This document shows positions 10,985-22,384 of a stretch of 64,000 bases of DNA, piece by piece; within the stretch, counting starts at the first letter, position 1, and each line of letters begins with the position of its first letter. The position numbers were made by a program, and so were the translations under genes. The DNA is from Rebecca billardiae RCC1528 (Eukaryota > Protista > Haptophyta). Below the pieces are notes generated by a model. That model ran no database searches and was not told the origin of the DNA. It worked only from the letters and a program-made list of their open reading frames with translations. The DNA is taken from positions 1,240,001 through 1,304,000 of the forward strand of contig OZ251222.1 of the NCBI GenBank assembly GCA_965240325.2, in the 5' to 3' direction.

Positions 10985-13900
10985 ATGGGCAAGCTTCGCA
11001 CCGCGGAGATCGCGAGCATGCGCGCCATCCTCGGCGGGGTGGCGCACGCGAGCGACGACGACTTGCGCAAGCTGCTCGCCCTCGCCAACGGCGATGTCTC
11101 GACTGCACTCAACTATTGGTTTGACTCGCCGCTTTCCAAGCTGTGCACGGTCGCGCCGCCGCCGCGCACGCCGGCACCACCGGCGCGTGCGGGGCAGCCC
11201 GCGCTACCGCGCCCCTCGCGCGGGCCCGGCGAGCCCTCGGCGGGCGCGCCGGGCCCGGCGGTGATCGATCTTGACGCGGACGAGAACACGGACGCTGCCG
11301 ACACCGCCGCGGCCGCCGCCGCCGATGCCGCCGTCGGCGGCCGAGCGCGTGACGCCGGAGAGGACGTAGACGGCAGCGTCAGCTGCGGTCGCACGCCTAT
11401 CGCCGCCACCCGCGCTCGCGGAGCTGAGCCTCCGTCCGCGTGCGCGCGCAGCAGCGCTCCGACCGAGCGCGCCGCAGGCAAGGCGCCGGGCGTTGCGCCA
11501 GGCGCTGCGCTCGCGGCGGGCGGCGGCGTGCTGCGCTGGGTGCGGTCGGCGGCCGAGGGCTCGGCGACGACGTCCGCCGACGCGCCAGGCGCGCACTGGC
11601 CGCGCCCACTCGGCGTCCTCCTCTGCCCCGCGTACCTGACCACCCGGCTGCTCGGGAGCGAAGCGCTACGAGCGGGTGAGGAGCTCCAGCTGGTGAGGGG
11701 GTCGCTGGGCGGCGGTGCGGGCGGCGGCGGCGGCGGCGGCGGGCAGCCGGGCGCGAGCGCACGCGGCGGAAGGGGCAAGGCCAAGGCGACGGGCGCGGCG
11801 GGCCGCGGGCGCGCGCGCGCCGGCGCCGCCGCCGCCTCGGACGCGAGCGGCGCCAATCTCGTGCTGCGTGTGGCCCGGGGCAGCTCCGGAGGCGGCGGCG
11901 GCGGCGGCGGCGTGCGCGAGCTCGGGCGCGTGACGGCGGAGTGCGCGCGCTTCCTCTCGCCGCTGCTCGACGCGCGCAAGCTCGAGCTCCGCTGCGTGTG
12001 CGCGAGCGCGCCCGCCGGCGCGCTCACCATCTCCGCCTCCTTCCTCTTGCGCTGCGAGGTGGCTGTGACCGCCGCGGCTTTCTCCGCCGCGTCGGGCGGT
12101 CGCGCGGGGCTGCAGGCGGACGGCGGGGCGCGCGCGCGGGACGAGCAGTTCGCGTTCGTCCGGCTGCTCCGCGCGCTGCGCCTCCAGCCGACGGTGCCGT
12201 GCACGACCGACGTGGAGGATGACAGCGCCCAGGCCGCCTCCGACGCGGTTGCGGCGGCCGCGGCCGCGCGCACGGCCGCGGCCGCGCCGCCGCCGCCGCC
12301 GCCACCACAGGAGGGCGAGGGCGAGGGCGCGGCGGCGGAGCTGAGCGACGCGGAGGCGGAGCGCGTGAGCGGCGCGCTCGGCTGCGACGGCGCCGCGCTG
12401 CCGTGCGCGCGCCAGCCCGCCACGATGCGCACGCGGCTGCACGAATACCAGCTGCAGGCGCTGCACTGGATGCGCGGCCGCGAAGCAGTTTCCGATGAAG
12501 AGCCTGCGCTGCACCCGTGCTGGGCGCAGTACGCGTTCGCGGACGCGGCGGAGGCGGGCGGCGGCGAGGGCGCGGCGGGCGGTGCCGCGCTCGCGGACGG
12601 CGCCGCCGGCCCGGCCGAGGACGAGGGCGAGCCCTCGTCCGCCGCGGCCGCCGGCCGCGTCGGCGCGCCGTCGGGCGCGCGCGCCTCATCATGCGCGCCG
12701 CCCGATGATTTTCGCCCAGCATGCCATATTCATTTTTACGTGAATCCGTCGACAGGGCAGGCGAGCCTGAGCCGGCCGACCGGCGCCGCGATCCCGCGCG
12801 GCGGGATCCTGGCGGACGAGATGGGGCTGGGCAAGACGGTCGAGGTGCTCGCGCTCATCGCCTCCGACGTGGGCGGGGACGAGGACGACGACGACGACCA
12901 CGACGCGGCGGCGGCGGCCGAGGGCGGCGCCGCGGCTGCTGCTGTGGTCGTCGGGCGCGCACCGGCGCCGGCGCCGCCCCGGGCTGCGCCGATCAGTCTG
13001 CTGGACTCGACGGAGGAGGAGGAGGGGAACAAGGCGGTCGGGCCCGAGGGCGCGGCCGACGCCGACGCGCCGCCGCCGCCGGGCGAGCCAGACGCGATGG
13101 AGGAGGAGAAGAGGACGGCAGCGGAGGGACTGTCGGCAGCCATGGCTCACGTGGGCGGTGCCACGCGCGACCGCTCGCGCGAGCGCTCTCGCGCGCGCGG
13201 TGCGGGCGCGGCGGCGGCGGCGGCAGAGCAGAGCACGCGCGCGGCGGCGCGCGCCGTGCGCGCGAGCACGCGCGCGGCGCGCCACCCGGACGCGCGGGGC
13301 TCGTACGACGAGCGCGCGCGCGGCTCTGACTCGTCAGATGCCGCCGCGTCTGCCGCCGCCTCCGATTCGGACTCGGAGGCGCCGGCTTCAGACTCGGACT
13401 TGGAGGCGCCGGCCAGCTCGCGGCGCGGCGCGCCCAGCGACGACGACGGCGACGGCGACGACGGCGACGACGACGATGGCGGGAGCGGCGGCATTGGCGG
13501 CGAGACTGGCGACGACGACGACGACTTTGTGCCGCGCCGTCGGCGCCGCACAACCGCGCCACGCGCGCGCGCGCTCGCCGCCATAGCTAGCCCGGCGCGC
13601 AAGCGCGCGCGCCTTACTCGCCTGTGCCGCGCCGCAGCCGTGGAGGGCGGTGCAGCGGGCGCGCCCGCCGCGGCCGCGCCGGCGCTCGGCCGCGGGCGGC
13701 GCGCGCACGTGGGCAGCACGCTGGTCGTCGTGCCGACCTCGCTGCTGCCCCAGTGGGAGGCCGAGGCGCGCGCGCACACGCGCCCGGGCGCGCTCGTCGT
13801 GAGCACTTACTATGGGGGCGAGCGCGCCGCGTCGGCCGGCGCGCTGCTGCGCGCACACGTTGTGCTCACGACTTATGGCGTCGTCAGCGCGGAGTGGCGG

Positions 13901-14685
13901 CCGGCGGGCGGCGGCGCGGAGGGCGGCGGCGGCGCGGCGGAGGGCGCGGAGGAGCGCACGCGCGGCGCGCACGCGCCAGCCTCGCCCCTCTTCGCCGCGC
14001 GCTGGCGCCGTGTCGTTCTCGACGAGGCTCATGCCATCAAGGGTCGCGAGACGCGCGTCTCACGCGCGTGCGCGGCGCTCGAGTCGCAGCGGCGCTGGGC
14101 GGTGACGGGCACGCCGATGCAGAACCGGCTGGACGACCTGTTCTCGCTGCTGCACTTCCTCAGGCTGCCGCGCTTTGAGGACTACCGCTGGTGGAGCGAG
14201 AAGGTTCTCCGCCCCTTCCTCGACGCGCGCGACCTGAGCGCCCTCGGCGCGCTCCAGCGCGCGCTCGCGCCGCTGCTGCTGCGACGCACCAAGGCGAGTG
14301 CGCGGCCGGATGGGAGCCCGATCGTGGCGCTGCCGCCGAAGCGCGTGCTCACCGTGCAGCTGGTGTTCGACGAGGGCGAGCGCGAACTGTACGACGCGCT
14401 ACACTCTGCCTCGCGCCAGCGCTTCGATGCGCTCCTCGCCGCGGGTGCCGTCCTCTCCAACTATACGGCCGTACTCACTTTACTCCTGCGGCTTCGGCAG
14501 TTGTGCGACCACCCGCTGCTGCTGCGCGCGCGCGCCGACACGGCCGCGTCCGCCGGCCAGCTCGCGAGGGCGCTGTCGCGCGAGGCGGAGGAGGCGGAGG
14601 GTGGCGCGGAGGCGGGCGCCGCGCGCCGCTCCGCCGCACGCCAGGCGTTCATCTCGCGCGTCGTCGCCGCCGTCGCAGGCGGCGG

Positions 14686-14724
<39 letters not shown>

Positions 14725-15688
14725 CGCGGCCGCGGGCCTCAGCGGCGGCGGCGGCGGCGGCGACGGCCCGGCGGGCGACTGCCCGGTATGCCTCGAGCCG
14801 ATCGACGACGGCGTGCTCACGCCGTGCGCGCACGCCTTCTGCCGCGCGTGCGTGCTGCAGACCGGAGGGCTGCGCGCGCAGACCGCGCAGTGTCCCGTGT
14901 GCCGCGCGCCCATCGACAAGCGTGCCCTTGTGACGCTTCCGCGCGCGAACCGATTTGGCGTCGAGCTCGAGGCTGCGTTCGAGCACTCGGCGAAGACGCG
15001 CTGGCTCGTGGACGAGCTGTGCGCGACGCCCGCGGAGGAGAAGAGCGTCGTCTTCTCGCAGTGGTGCGGCGCGGCGCGCGCGCACCATCCGCCGCCGCCG
15101 CCCGCGCCCGTGCGCCTGCCGCCGCCCGCCCCTCCCAGTCCCCGCAGCGCGCCGCCTGACCGCGCGGCGTGCATCGGCCGCCACCGACATCGGCCGCGCG
15201 CTCGCGTGCGCGCGCGCTCGCGTGCGCGCGCGCGTGCCAGGACGTCGATGCTCGACCTGATCGAGCTCCCGCTCGGCCGCGCGCGCATCCGCTTCGTCCG
15301 GCTCGACGGCTCGCTCTCGGTCTCGAAGCGCGAGGAGGCCATCCGCCGGCTCGGCGCCGACGGCAGCGTGCGCGTGATGCTCGTGTCACTGCGCGCCGGA
15401 GGCGTCGGGCTGAACCTGACGCGCGCCAACCACGTGTACATGCTCGACCCGTGGTGGAACCCGGCTGTGGAGGAGCAGGCGATAGATCGCGTGCACCGCA
15501 TCGGCCAGACGCGCGCGGTCACCGTGCGCCGCTGCGTGATGGCCGACTCCGTCGAGGGGCGCATCCTTCGGCTGCAGGAGAAGAAGCGCTGCTTACAGGG
15601 CGCACTCAGGCTCAACCTCGCGCGCGACGAGGACTCGAGCCCGAGCGCGCTCGACCTCGACGACCTCAAGCTGCTCTTCGAGCCGTGA
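10985..15688 (+). CDS. RAD5: RAD5/HLTF-like SNF2 helicase-RING E3 ligase; intron 15064-15240
   Basis: UBA-like N-terminus (LLALANGDVSTALNYWF), HIRAN-like region (ELGRV..ARFLSPLL), GGILADEMGLGKT, VVLDEAH, TGTPMQN, C3HC4 RING (CPVCLE..PCAHAFCRAC..CPVCR), GGVGLNLT, QAIDRVHRIGQ. Confidence 0.92.
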
Positions 15689-16010
15689 GCCGCCGGGCGC
15701 GAGGGGCGCGTGCGCCGGTGCGCGTACGTGCGGTGGACGACGGCCTCGGGCTCTCGGGCTGTCAGATGAATTCATAGCTACAATTAATGCGCCTTGTGAG
15801 TCATCGTGGCTGCCAAGGCCGTCGCCTTCGGAGGTCTCGGAGCCCGCCGGCACCTGGCACGTACCTGCGTTGAACAACATCTGCTGATATGACGACCCAG
15901 AACATCATTATTCATTTACATCGTCAGCACATACTACATCAACCAGCAGCATCATTACGAATATATTGCAAATGCAACCCGGCCCGCCGACCGCCCGGTC
16001 GTGCATATTA

Positions 16011-17693
16011 TCATGACTCGTCCGATGACGATGCAGGCGGTTGACGTGAAGCGATCGCGCGGAGCGTCGCGTTCACGGTCGAGACCTCGCCGCCGACGAC
16101 TGCCGTGGCGGTCCGTAGCGCACTCGCGACGGCGGACTGGAGTGCGTCGGGGATGCCGTCGCCCGCTGCGGCTTCTTGACCGGGGTTGGGCACGCTGCGC
16201 ACCGAGACGAGCAGGTGCGCGCCCGGGTCCGAGCCAGCCCGCAGCGCGCGCAGCGCTGACGCCTCGAGCGCCGTGCGCGCCGCGCGCGCCTGCTCGGCCG
16301 GCACCGAGAGCACACGCCCAAGGGCGGGCTCGATCAGCCGGGCGTAGGGGCCCCACCGGCCGCCGTCGGCGTCGGCGTCCGCGCCGGCGTGCGAGCTCTC
16401 GCCCGAGCCCGCGACGCTCGCGGCGCGCATGGCGGAGGCCATGGTCTCGAGCACCTCGTCGTACACACCTCCGCCCAGCTCCGGCCGTGGCGGCGGCGAC
16501 GGCGGCGGCGAGTCCGCCCAGCGGCGGCGGCGCGACGCGCGGTGCGGGGCCGAGCGCTGGTCGCTCGAGCGCGCCGCGGCGCGAGGTGGCGCGGCGCGCA
16601 TCGTGGCCTCGTCCGCGTACGCCGTCACGCTGAGCGTGTCGATCTGCGCCGCGCAGCCCGACGCGCTCTTGCCTGCGCCTCCGCCGTCCTCCGAACCCAA
16701 GCGGCGCGCCAGCAGTGAGCCAACGGCCGCCGGGCTCACCGCCGCGACGCCGGCGTCGACGGCGAGGATTCGGCAGGTCCACGGCTCACGGCGCGATCGG
16801 CGGCCGCAGCCGCCGGTTGCGCCGACCGACGAGCCCGAGGGCGCGGCGCAGTCCACGCACGTCAGGTTGCGCGGGCTCGCGAGCACCGGCGACGCGGCGG
16901 CGGCGCTCAGCACCGCCTCCAGCGTTGTGCCCTTGTACACGTGGCCGCGCTCCGTGCCGCGGAGGAGGCGGCCGGCGCGCTGCTCGGCGTCGGCGTCGTC
17001 GCCGTCGTCCGCGGTCGAGAGCCAGGTGAGCTTGAACACGGGCGGGACGCTCTGGCCCGAGGGCGCCGACACCCTCCGCCCGCCCCACGACGAGCCCGAC
17101 GACGGCCGCGCCGAGTGCGCGCCGCCGACCGTCGCGACGGCGACGCTGCCAGAGTTCAGGTCGAGGAGGGGCACCGCGACGAGCGGCGAGTCGGCGTTGG
17201 GCACGTGGCCCGCGCGCGAGCTGAGGTTGAGGATGGGTCGGCTGAGCACGCAGCGGAACGCGTCGTGCACGCAGCCGCCGTCCGGTATCGGCGGGCACGC
17301 GGGCTCAATCTGCATGCCCCACGCGCCCGCGCCGTTCGCCGCGAGGTTGAGCGTGCGGACTGGCACGCCCTCGGCCAGCGCGGCGGCGGCGACCGCAGCT
17401 TCGCCCGTGCCGACGATGACGTCAAACATCTCGGCGTACGGCCGCCCCATCCGCCCTTCGAGCGCGTCGAGCGTCGCGTACAGCGCGTCGCGCTGGCCGA
17501 GGGACGCGTCGAGCGCGAGCACGCGCACGCGCCGCCGGTCCGCGCACGCCGAGGCGGAGGGTGGCGAGTCGCCCGCGAGCGAGCTGAGGGCGCTCATGCC
17601 CGCCGCATAGGCGCGCGTAGAAAGCCGGTCGATGAGCACCCCCAGCACCACGCCGACCAGCGCGAGGAGCGCGAGCCCACGCGCGCCCCGCAT
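16011..17693 (-). CDS. Membrane-anchored patatin-like protein with degenerate catalytic motifs
   Basis: TM segment GLALLALVGVVLGVLI. VRVLALDASLG, EMFDVIVGTGEA, AAAASP and ILAVDAGVAAVSP match patatin blocks I-IV in order. The start could be 17735. Confidence 0.62.
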   Translation of the reverse strand: MRGARGLALLALVGVVLGVLIDRLSTRAYAAGMSALSSLAGDSPPSASACADRRRVRVLALDASLGQRDALYATLDALEGRMGRPYAEMFDVIVGTGEAAVAAAALAEGVPVRTLNLAANGAGAWGMQIEPACPPIPDGGCVHDAFRCVLSRPILNLSSRAGHVPNADSPLVAVPLLDLNSGSVAVATVGGAHSARPSSGSSWGGRRVSAPSGQSVPPVFKLTWLSTADDGDDADAEQRAGRLLRGTERGHVYKGTTLEAVLSAAAASPVLASPRNLTCVDCAAPSGSSVGATGGCGRRSRREPWTCRILAVDAGVAAVSPAAVGSLLARRLGSEDGGGAGKSASGCAAQIDTLSVTAYADEATMRAAPPRAAARSSDQRSAPHRASRRRRWADSPPPSPPPRPELGGGVYDEVLETMASAMRAASVAGSGESSHAGADADADGGRWGPYARLIEPALGRVLSVPAEQARAARTALEASALRALRAGSDPGAHLLVSVRSVPNPGQEAAAGDGIPDALQSAVASALRTATAVVGGEVSTVNATLRAIASRQPPASSSDES

Positions 17694-17766
17694 TCCTTGG
17701 GCTGATCCGGTCGACGAAATGCGAGACGCGGCCATCGTCAAGGCGTTCGTCCACACCAGCCGCATC

Positions 17767-19886
17767 AAGCCTATTTCTGCGAGCGTTACTCTCTCTAAGA
17801 GCCGCGCGTCCTGAACAGTCTGAATACGGAAAATCGTGAAGGCAAGTCGCCTTCGGCTGGGGACACCCGGTCCGCAGTGGCCGAGCCCGTGGCAGCCATG
17901 GACAGCTCGCACGGGCGCCGCGGCGTGAGGTCCTGCGGCCGTGGCGGTGCCTATAGCAGGCGGCGCGGTGCTCGCGCGGCTGCAAAGGCGTGATGTACTC
18001 CACTCTGCGCTGCGCGCCTGCCCGCCCTCGTCACCTCCTTCGCGCCTGAGGCTGGCGCGCACACGCGCGCCGCGCCGCTCGTGCGAGCAGTGGCCGTGCC
18101 GCTTGTGGACGAGAGCTTGCACCCGCGCACGACGAGGTCGGTGCGGAGCGCGAGCAGACATGCAGTGGGCCGTTTGCGTGCCCTACGCTCGCCGTGCAAC
18201 ATCACGCCTTGCGCGTGCGCACAGCCAGCGATCTCAGCGCAGGCCGTTGAGTGCATGCATACCGCAGGCGCGTGAGATCTGGTCGGCTCAGCGTGTAGGC
18301 TGCCGTTGTTGGAGACATCAGCATTGCGAGTGCGCTGGGACACTGCTAGTTCGCGTGTTCGCACACTGACGTGAGCCCGCACACGCATCCAAACTGAGTG
18401 AAGACTGGGCCCCGTGCACACTACGGTACAGGCACGGCAGCGTGACGTCACATCACGTAACGTCATGTCATGACGTCATGACATGACGCTAGGAATGGCG
18501 TCACGTGACGGCCGGGCAGTGCTCTGCCCACGCCTGGCACACCCGGACCCACGTAGTCAGTGCACGCGGGGCTGACCGCGGCGGCGCGGCGCGGCGAGTG
18601 GCGGGACGCACCGGCGCCGCTGCCCGCCCCTGCTGATGCCGGGCCCGCCGCCCCGGGCTCATGAGAGAGCGGCTACTATCAGCGGGAGTCGATGCGGATG
18701 GCTACAACAGCACCACTGCGTCCCGTAGCAGCGGCACGCCAGCCCCCGCCGGACCAACACCGGTAGCACAGTCCGTGCACGTTACGTCTGTTACTTGGCA
18801 CGCCCGGCCTCCGTGCCGGGCGTGCGCGGCATGTCGTGACATAAAGGCTTCACCGACATGTAACCGACGAAACGGTCCCCACAAGAGTGTATGTCGGCAT
18901 AACGCGTAAACAATTGCGCGTAAAACGCGTTACGTCATGACGTGACGACAGAAGAACTGCACCGGCATGACGCGTAGTGGGGCGCCCAGCTCGTTGGCTG
19001 TGCCGCTCAAGTTGCCAAGGGGTGAGGCAGTCTGGGACGAGGGCTGGCTGCACGTATTCAACACCTTTCCAAGGCATGGTGCGGCATGTACACCAGCAGC
19101 GTGGGGCGTCCATTGCAAACCAGTCGACTTCTTCTTCTATAAGTACCAGGTCCAGGGCGGAGACCGCTCTCGCCGCCTGCAGAGACTCAGCAGGCGCGGC
19201 GCGGTGCGTAGCGGGCGTAGTCGCTGCTATACGTAGTAGAACTGAAGGTTTCCAAGCGGCCCGATCACGCGCATCAGCCGCCCGTGACCACGGTGTTCTA
19301 CGTACATACATTTCCAACATTGCCACACACATGCCCGCCAGAGTCACAGGCGTATCCTTGTCTCATCAGTCGCGGTTTCACCGACTCAGGCGACAACTGT
19401 TGAATGACTTTCTGTGATCGGTCGCTGGCTGTGCGCACGCGCAAGGCGTGATGTTGCACGGCGAGCGTAGGGCACGCAAACGGCCCACTGCATGTCTGCT
19501 CGCGCTCCGCACCGACCTCGTCGTGCGCGGGTGCAAGCTCTCGTCCACAAGCGGCACGGCCACTGCTCGCACGAGCGGCGCGGCGCGCGTGTGCGCGCCA
19601 GCCTCAGGCGCGAAGGAGGTGACGAGGGCGGGCAGGCGCGCAGCGCAGAGTGGAGTACATCACGCCTTTGCAGCCGCGCGAGCACCGCGCCGCCTGCTAT
19701 AGGCACCGCCACGGCCGCAGGACCTCACGCCGCGGCGCCCGTGCGAGCTGTCCATGGCTGCCACGGGCTCGGCCACTGCGGACCGGGTGTCCCCAGCCGA
19801 AGGCGACTTGCCTTCACGATTTTCCGTATTCAGACTGTTCAGGACGCGCGGCTCTTAGAGAGAGTAACGCTCGCAGAAATAGGCTT
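17767..19886. repeat. 465-bp long inverted repeat (17767-18231 / 19422-19886) enclosing a 1.19-kb spacer
   Basis: The arms are reverse complements. ORFs 16011..18161(-) and 19492..21555(+) share an identical first ~130 aa. Confidence 0.95.
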
Positions 19887-20388
19887 ATCGCGGCGCGAAG
19901 TCGAAAGAGTCAAAGACGTGCCCACCGTCAAGGGCCCTTGCCACCGTGCGTGCGTCCCGACGGCGAGGGTCGCTCGTGCAAAGACCCAACAAAGACCTAC
20001 TCCTGGATCCTCCCCGTGTGGTGTCAGAGCGCGCTCCCGAGCGCGTGCCTCCGAGCGCGGGGCGGCCGCTTGCTGCAATGGCCGCCTCGATGAGGTGCGG
20101 CAACGCGCCCCTCACCTGCCTGTGCTGGTCTGTTTTGTGGCAGTGTCTTTGTGCAGTGTTGGATATGGCGTCAATCACACCTTCTTTTTTTCAGTGGCCC
20201 AAAACCCAAATTGCTTCGTCTCGCCGCCATCGCATGCGCGCATTCCTCATCTCAGGTGCGCCAACCGCCGCCGCCGCCGCCGCGACGACGATGCTCCAGA
20301 CCTGTCCTATCATAAGCAGCGGCGCGAAAGTCGACCAGTGCCACTGGTCGCGCGCGCTTCTCGCGCGCCCGCTCGTCCCGCGCGAAAG

Positions 20389-21555
20389 ATGGAAGTGGAC
20401 GACGACGTCGTCTCCGGGCCGGGCCCCATCGACGAGGGGCGCAGGGGTGGCGCGGACTCCGGCCTCAGCGGCTTGCGAGACACGTCTACGAGACGTGCAT
20501 CGGCCAAGCAAGAAGGTTACACAGCCAAGCCGCGCTTGTCTCGCGCGCACGGCGCTCTTGGAGTGGACGATGTGGACAACAACCTTGCCCGTGGCGCCTG
20601 TCACGGCTCTGGCGTGGCGTGCGCTGGCAATGACGCCTTCGGCTGGCGTACGCGTCCAAGGGCCAGCAGCACATGGGCAGGCGCCACGGAAAGCCAGCCT
20701 GTGGCAGCCAAGACACCGTCGCAACTCGTGCCACCCTCGATCGAGTCGCTCGGGTCACGGGGTCCTGCGGTGCGGACGGACAAGGCCCAGCGCGATCGCA
20801 GAGTCCAGACGCGCGCTGTGGGCGGCATTGACGAGCTCGAGGCGTCTTGCATCACGCGCGGGCAAAAGCGCGCACTTCGTGTGGCGCTTGCCAGTGGCGA
20901 TGCTGCACCAGCAGACGAGGTCATGCCGCGGCAAACGGCCATCGAGGTCGTCGACAATGCTGACTCGCCTCTTCCTCCGACAGCAGCCATTGAGGCCTCC
21001 ATCTCGACAGCCGCCATTCCGCGGGAGAGCGCACTTGTTGTGCTTGTCGACGGGGGCTCGAAGCCCTCGCTCGAAATCGTGCCCGCCTCTTGGCGAACTG
21101 GAGAAAGCAGCGAGCGCGTCGGCGGGCTACAAACACCGACCTCAGACGCTCGGCTCCCGCCTCGAATGCCGCCCAGCGCATGTGACGAGTTCTTGCTGAC
21201 GGCAAGATGGCGTTCAGGTCCGAATGCAGATCCGACCGAGCCTCGTGGCGCACGGTACGTCCTGGACCTCCTCGCAAGCCCATCAACGGGAAGGTTTCCC
21301 TCGGATCCAATTGTCGACGTCGCTGACATTGCCGTGTCTGGAGATGGCTTTGGCGAGTACGCGGGAGCGCATCTCTTCTTCTCCGCCGAGGGCTGCTCCT
21401 CACGCATGGCCCTGCCCCTCGCAGCCGCTGCAAAGCACCAGGCAAAGACCGAGCTCTGCTCTGTTCTCGAGGACTGCGTGGACGACCACTCCCTCTTCTG
21501 CGCCCTGGCAACCGATGACTCCGATGACGGCTGCTACGATGATGACGATCGATGA
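20389..21555 (+). CDS. Hypothetical protein (~388 aa) with an acidic tail
   Basis: Long stop-free frame from ATG 20389 (MEVDDDVV...). No recognisable domain. Confidence 0.45.
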   Translation: MEVDDDVVSGPGPIDEGRRGGADSGLSGLRDTSTRRASAKQEGYTAKPRLSRAHGALGVDDVDNNLARGACHGSGVACAGNDAFGWRTRPRASSTWAGATESQPVAAKTPSQLVPPSIESLGSRGPAVRTDKAQRDRRVQTRAVGGIDELEASCITRGQKRALRVALASGDAAPADEVMPRQTAIEVVDNADSPLPPTAAIEASISTAAIPRESALVVLVDGGSKPSLEIVPASWRTGESSERVGGLQTPTSDARLPPRMPPSACDEFLLTARWRSGPNADPTEPRGARYVLDLLASPSTGRFPSDPIVDVADIAVSGDGFGEYAGAHLFFSAEGCSSRMALPLAAAAKHQAKTELCSVLEDCVDDHSLFCALATDDSDDGCYDDDDR

Positions 21556-21912
21556 TGATGATGCGATTCTACTGAGTGAGCAGTGCCCGTTGCCATCATC
21601 GCGGATCTCTCGCCGTTACCATCAGCGGCAGCAGCAGACTCACGATGATGCTGATGATGATGACGAGACCGCGCGTGATCAAGACCCATCAGCAGGCGAC
21701 AGAGTGGAATATTCGCGTCTGAGGCTGAGCATCGATCTAAATCTAATAAGCTACTCTGCGCGCTCCACTAGATAGTGAGTGATAATGATTATTTTCCACT
21801 ACTCATCGGTTATACTGACACTACATTGTACAGTACTGACAGTACTCGCCGGCGGCGCAGCCTGGCGCTGAAACCGGTCCGCCGATTGAGCAACGGCGCC
21901 TCTATCTAAATA

Positions 21913-21914
<2 letters not shown>

Positions 21915-22004
<90 letters not shown>
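21915..22004. repeat. (CT)n microsatellite
   Basis: About 45 CT units. TATCTAAATAGAC occurs just before and again shortly after the tract. Confidence 0.98.
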
Positions 22005-22005
<1 letters not shown>

Positions 22006-22384
22006 GCCTATCTATAGCGCCCTATATCTAAATAGACGATATAGCCTATTAGTTATACGGGCCGCCCGGGTCGCGGCCCGATCATCATCCGTATCATGAC
22101 GATTGACCGGTCCGACGCGATATCGACATTAGTAATAATCGTATTAACGCGCCCGACAAGGCCGCCGACAATGTAATACGACGACGTACGCGGCGGACCG
22201 GGCCTTGCTGAAACTGCATGCATGCATGACAACCGTGAACCGAGGTGCTGCTGATGAAACTCAGACAAGGCCATCACGACGAGGCGGCACTAATCCGGTG
22301 CCCTCGTCCCGCAGACGATCAGCTAGTCAGTAATAAAACACTGCTGCTGCGCGCTGCTGATGGCATACGTACCTATATATATAT

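Noticed and set aside
19492-20388. Two paralogous proteins sharing a 130-aa N-terminus (with 16011..18161)
   Set aside because: The shared part is the inverted repeat read in stop-poor GC-rich DNA, and its R/A-rich composition is not protein-like.
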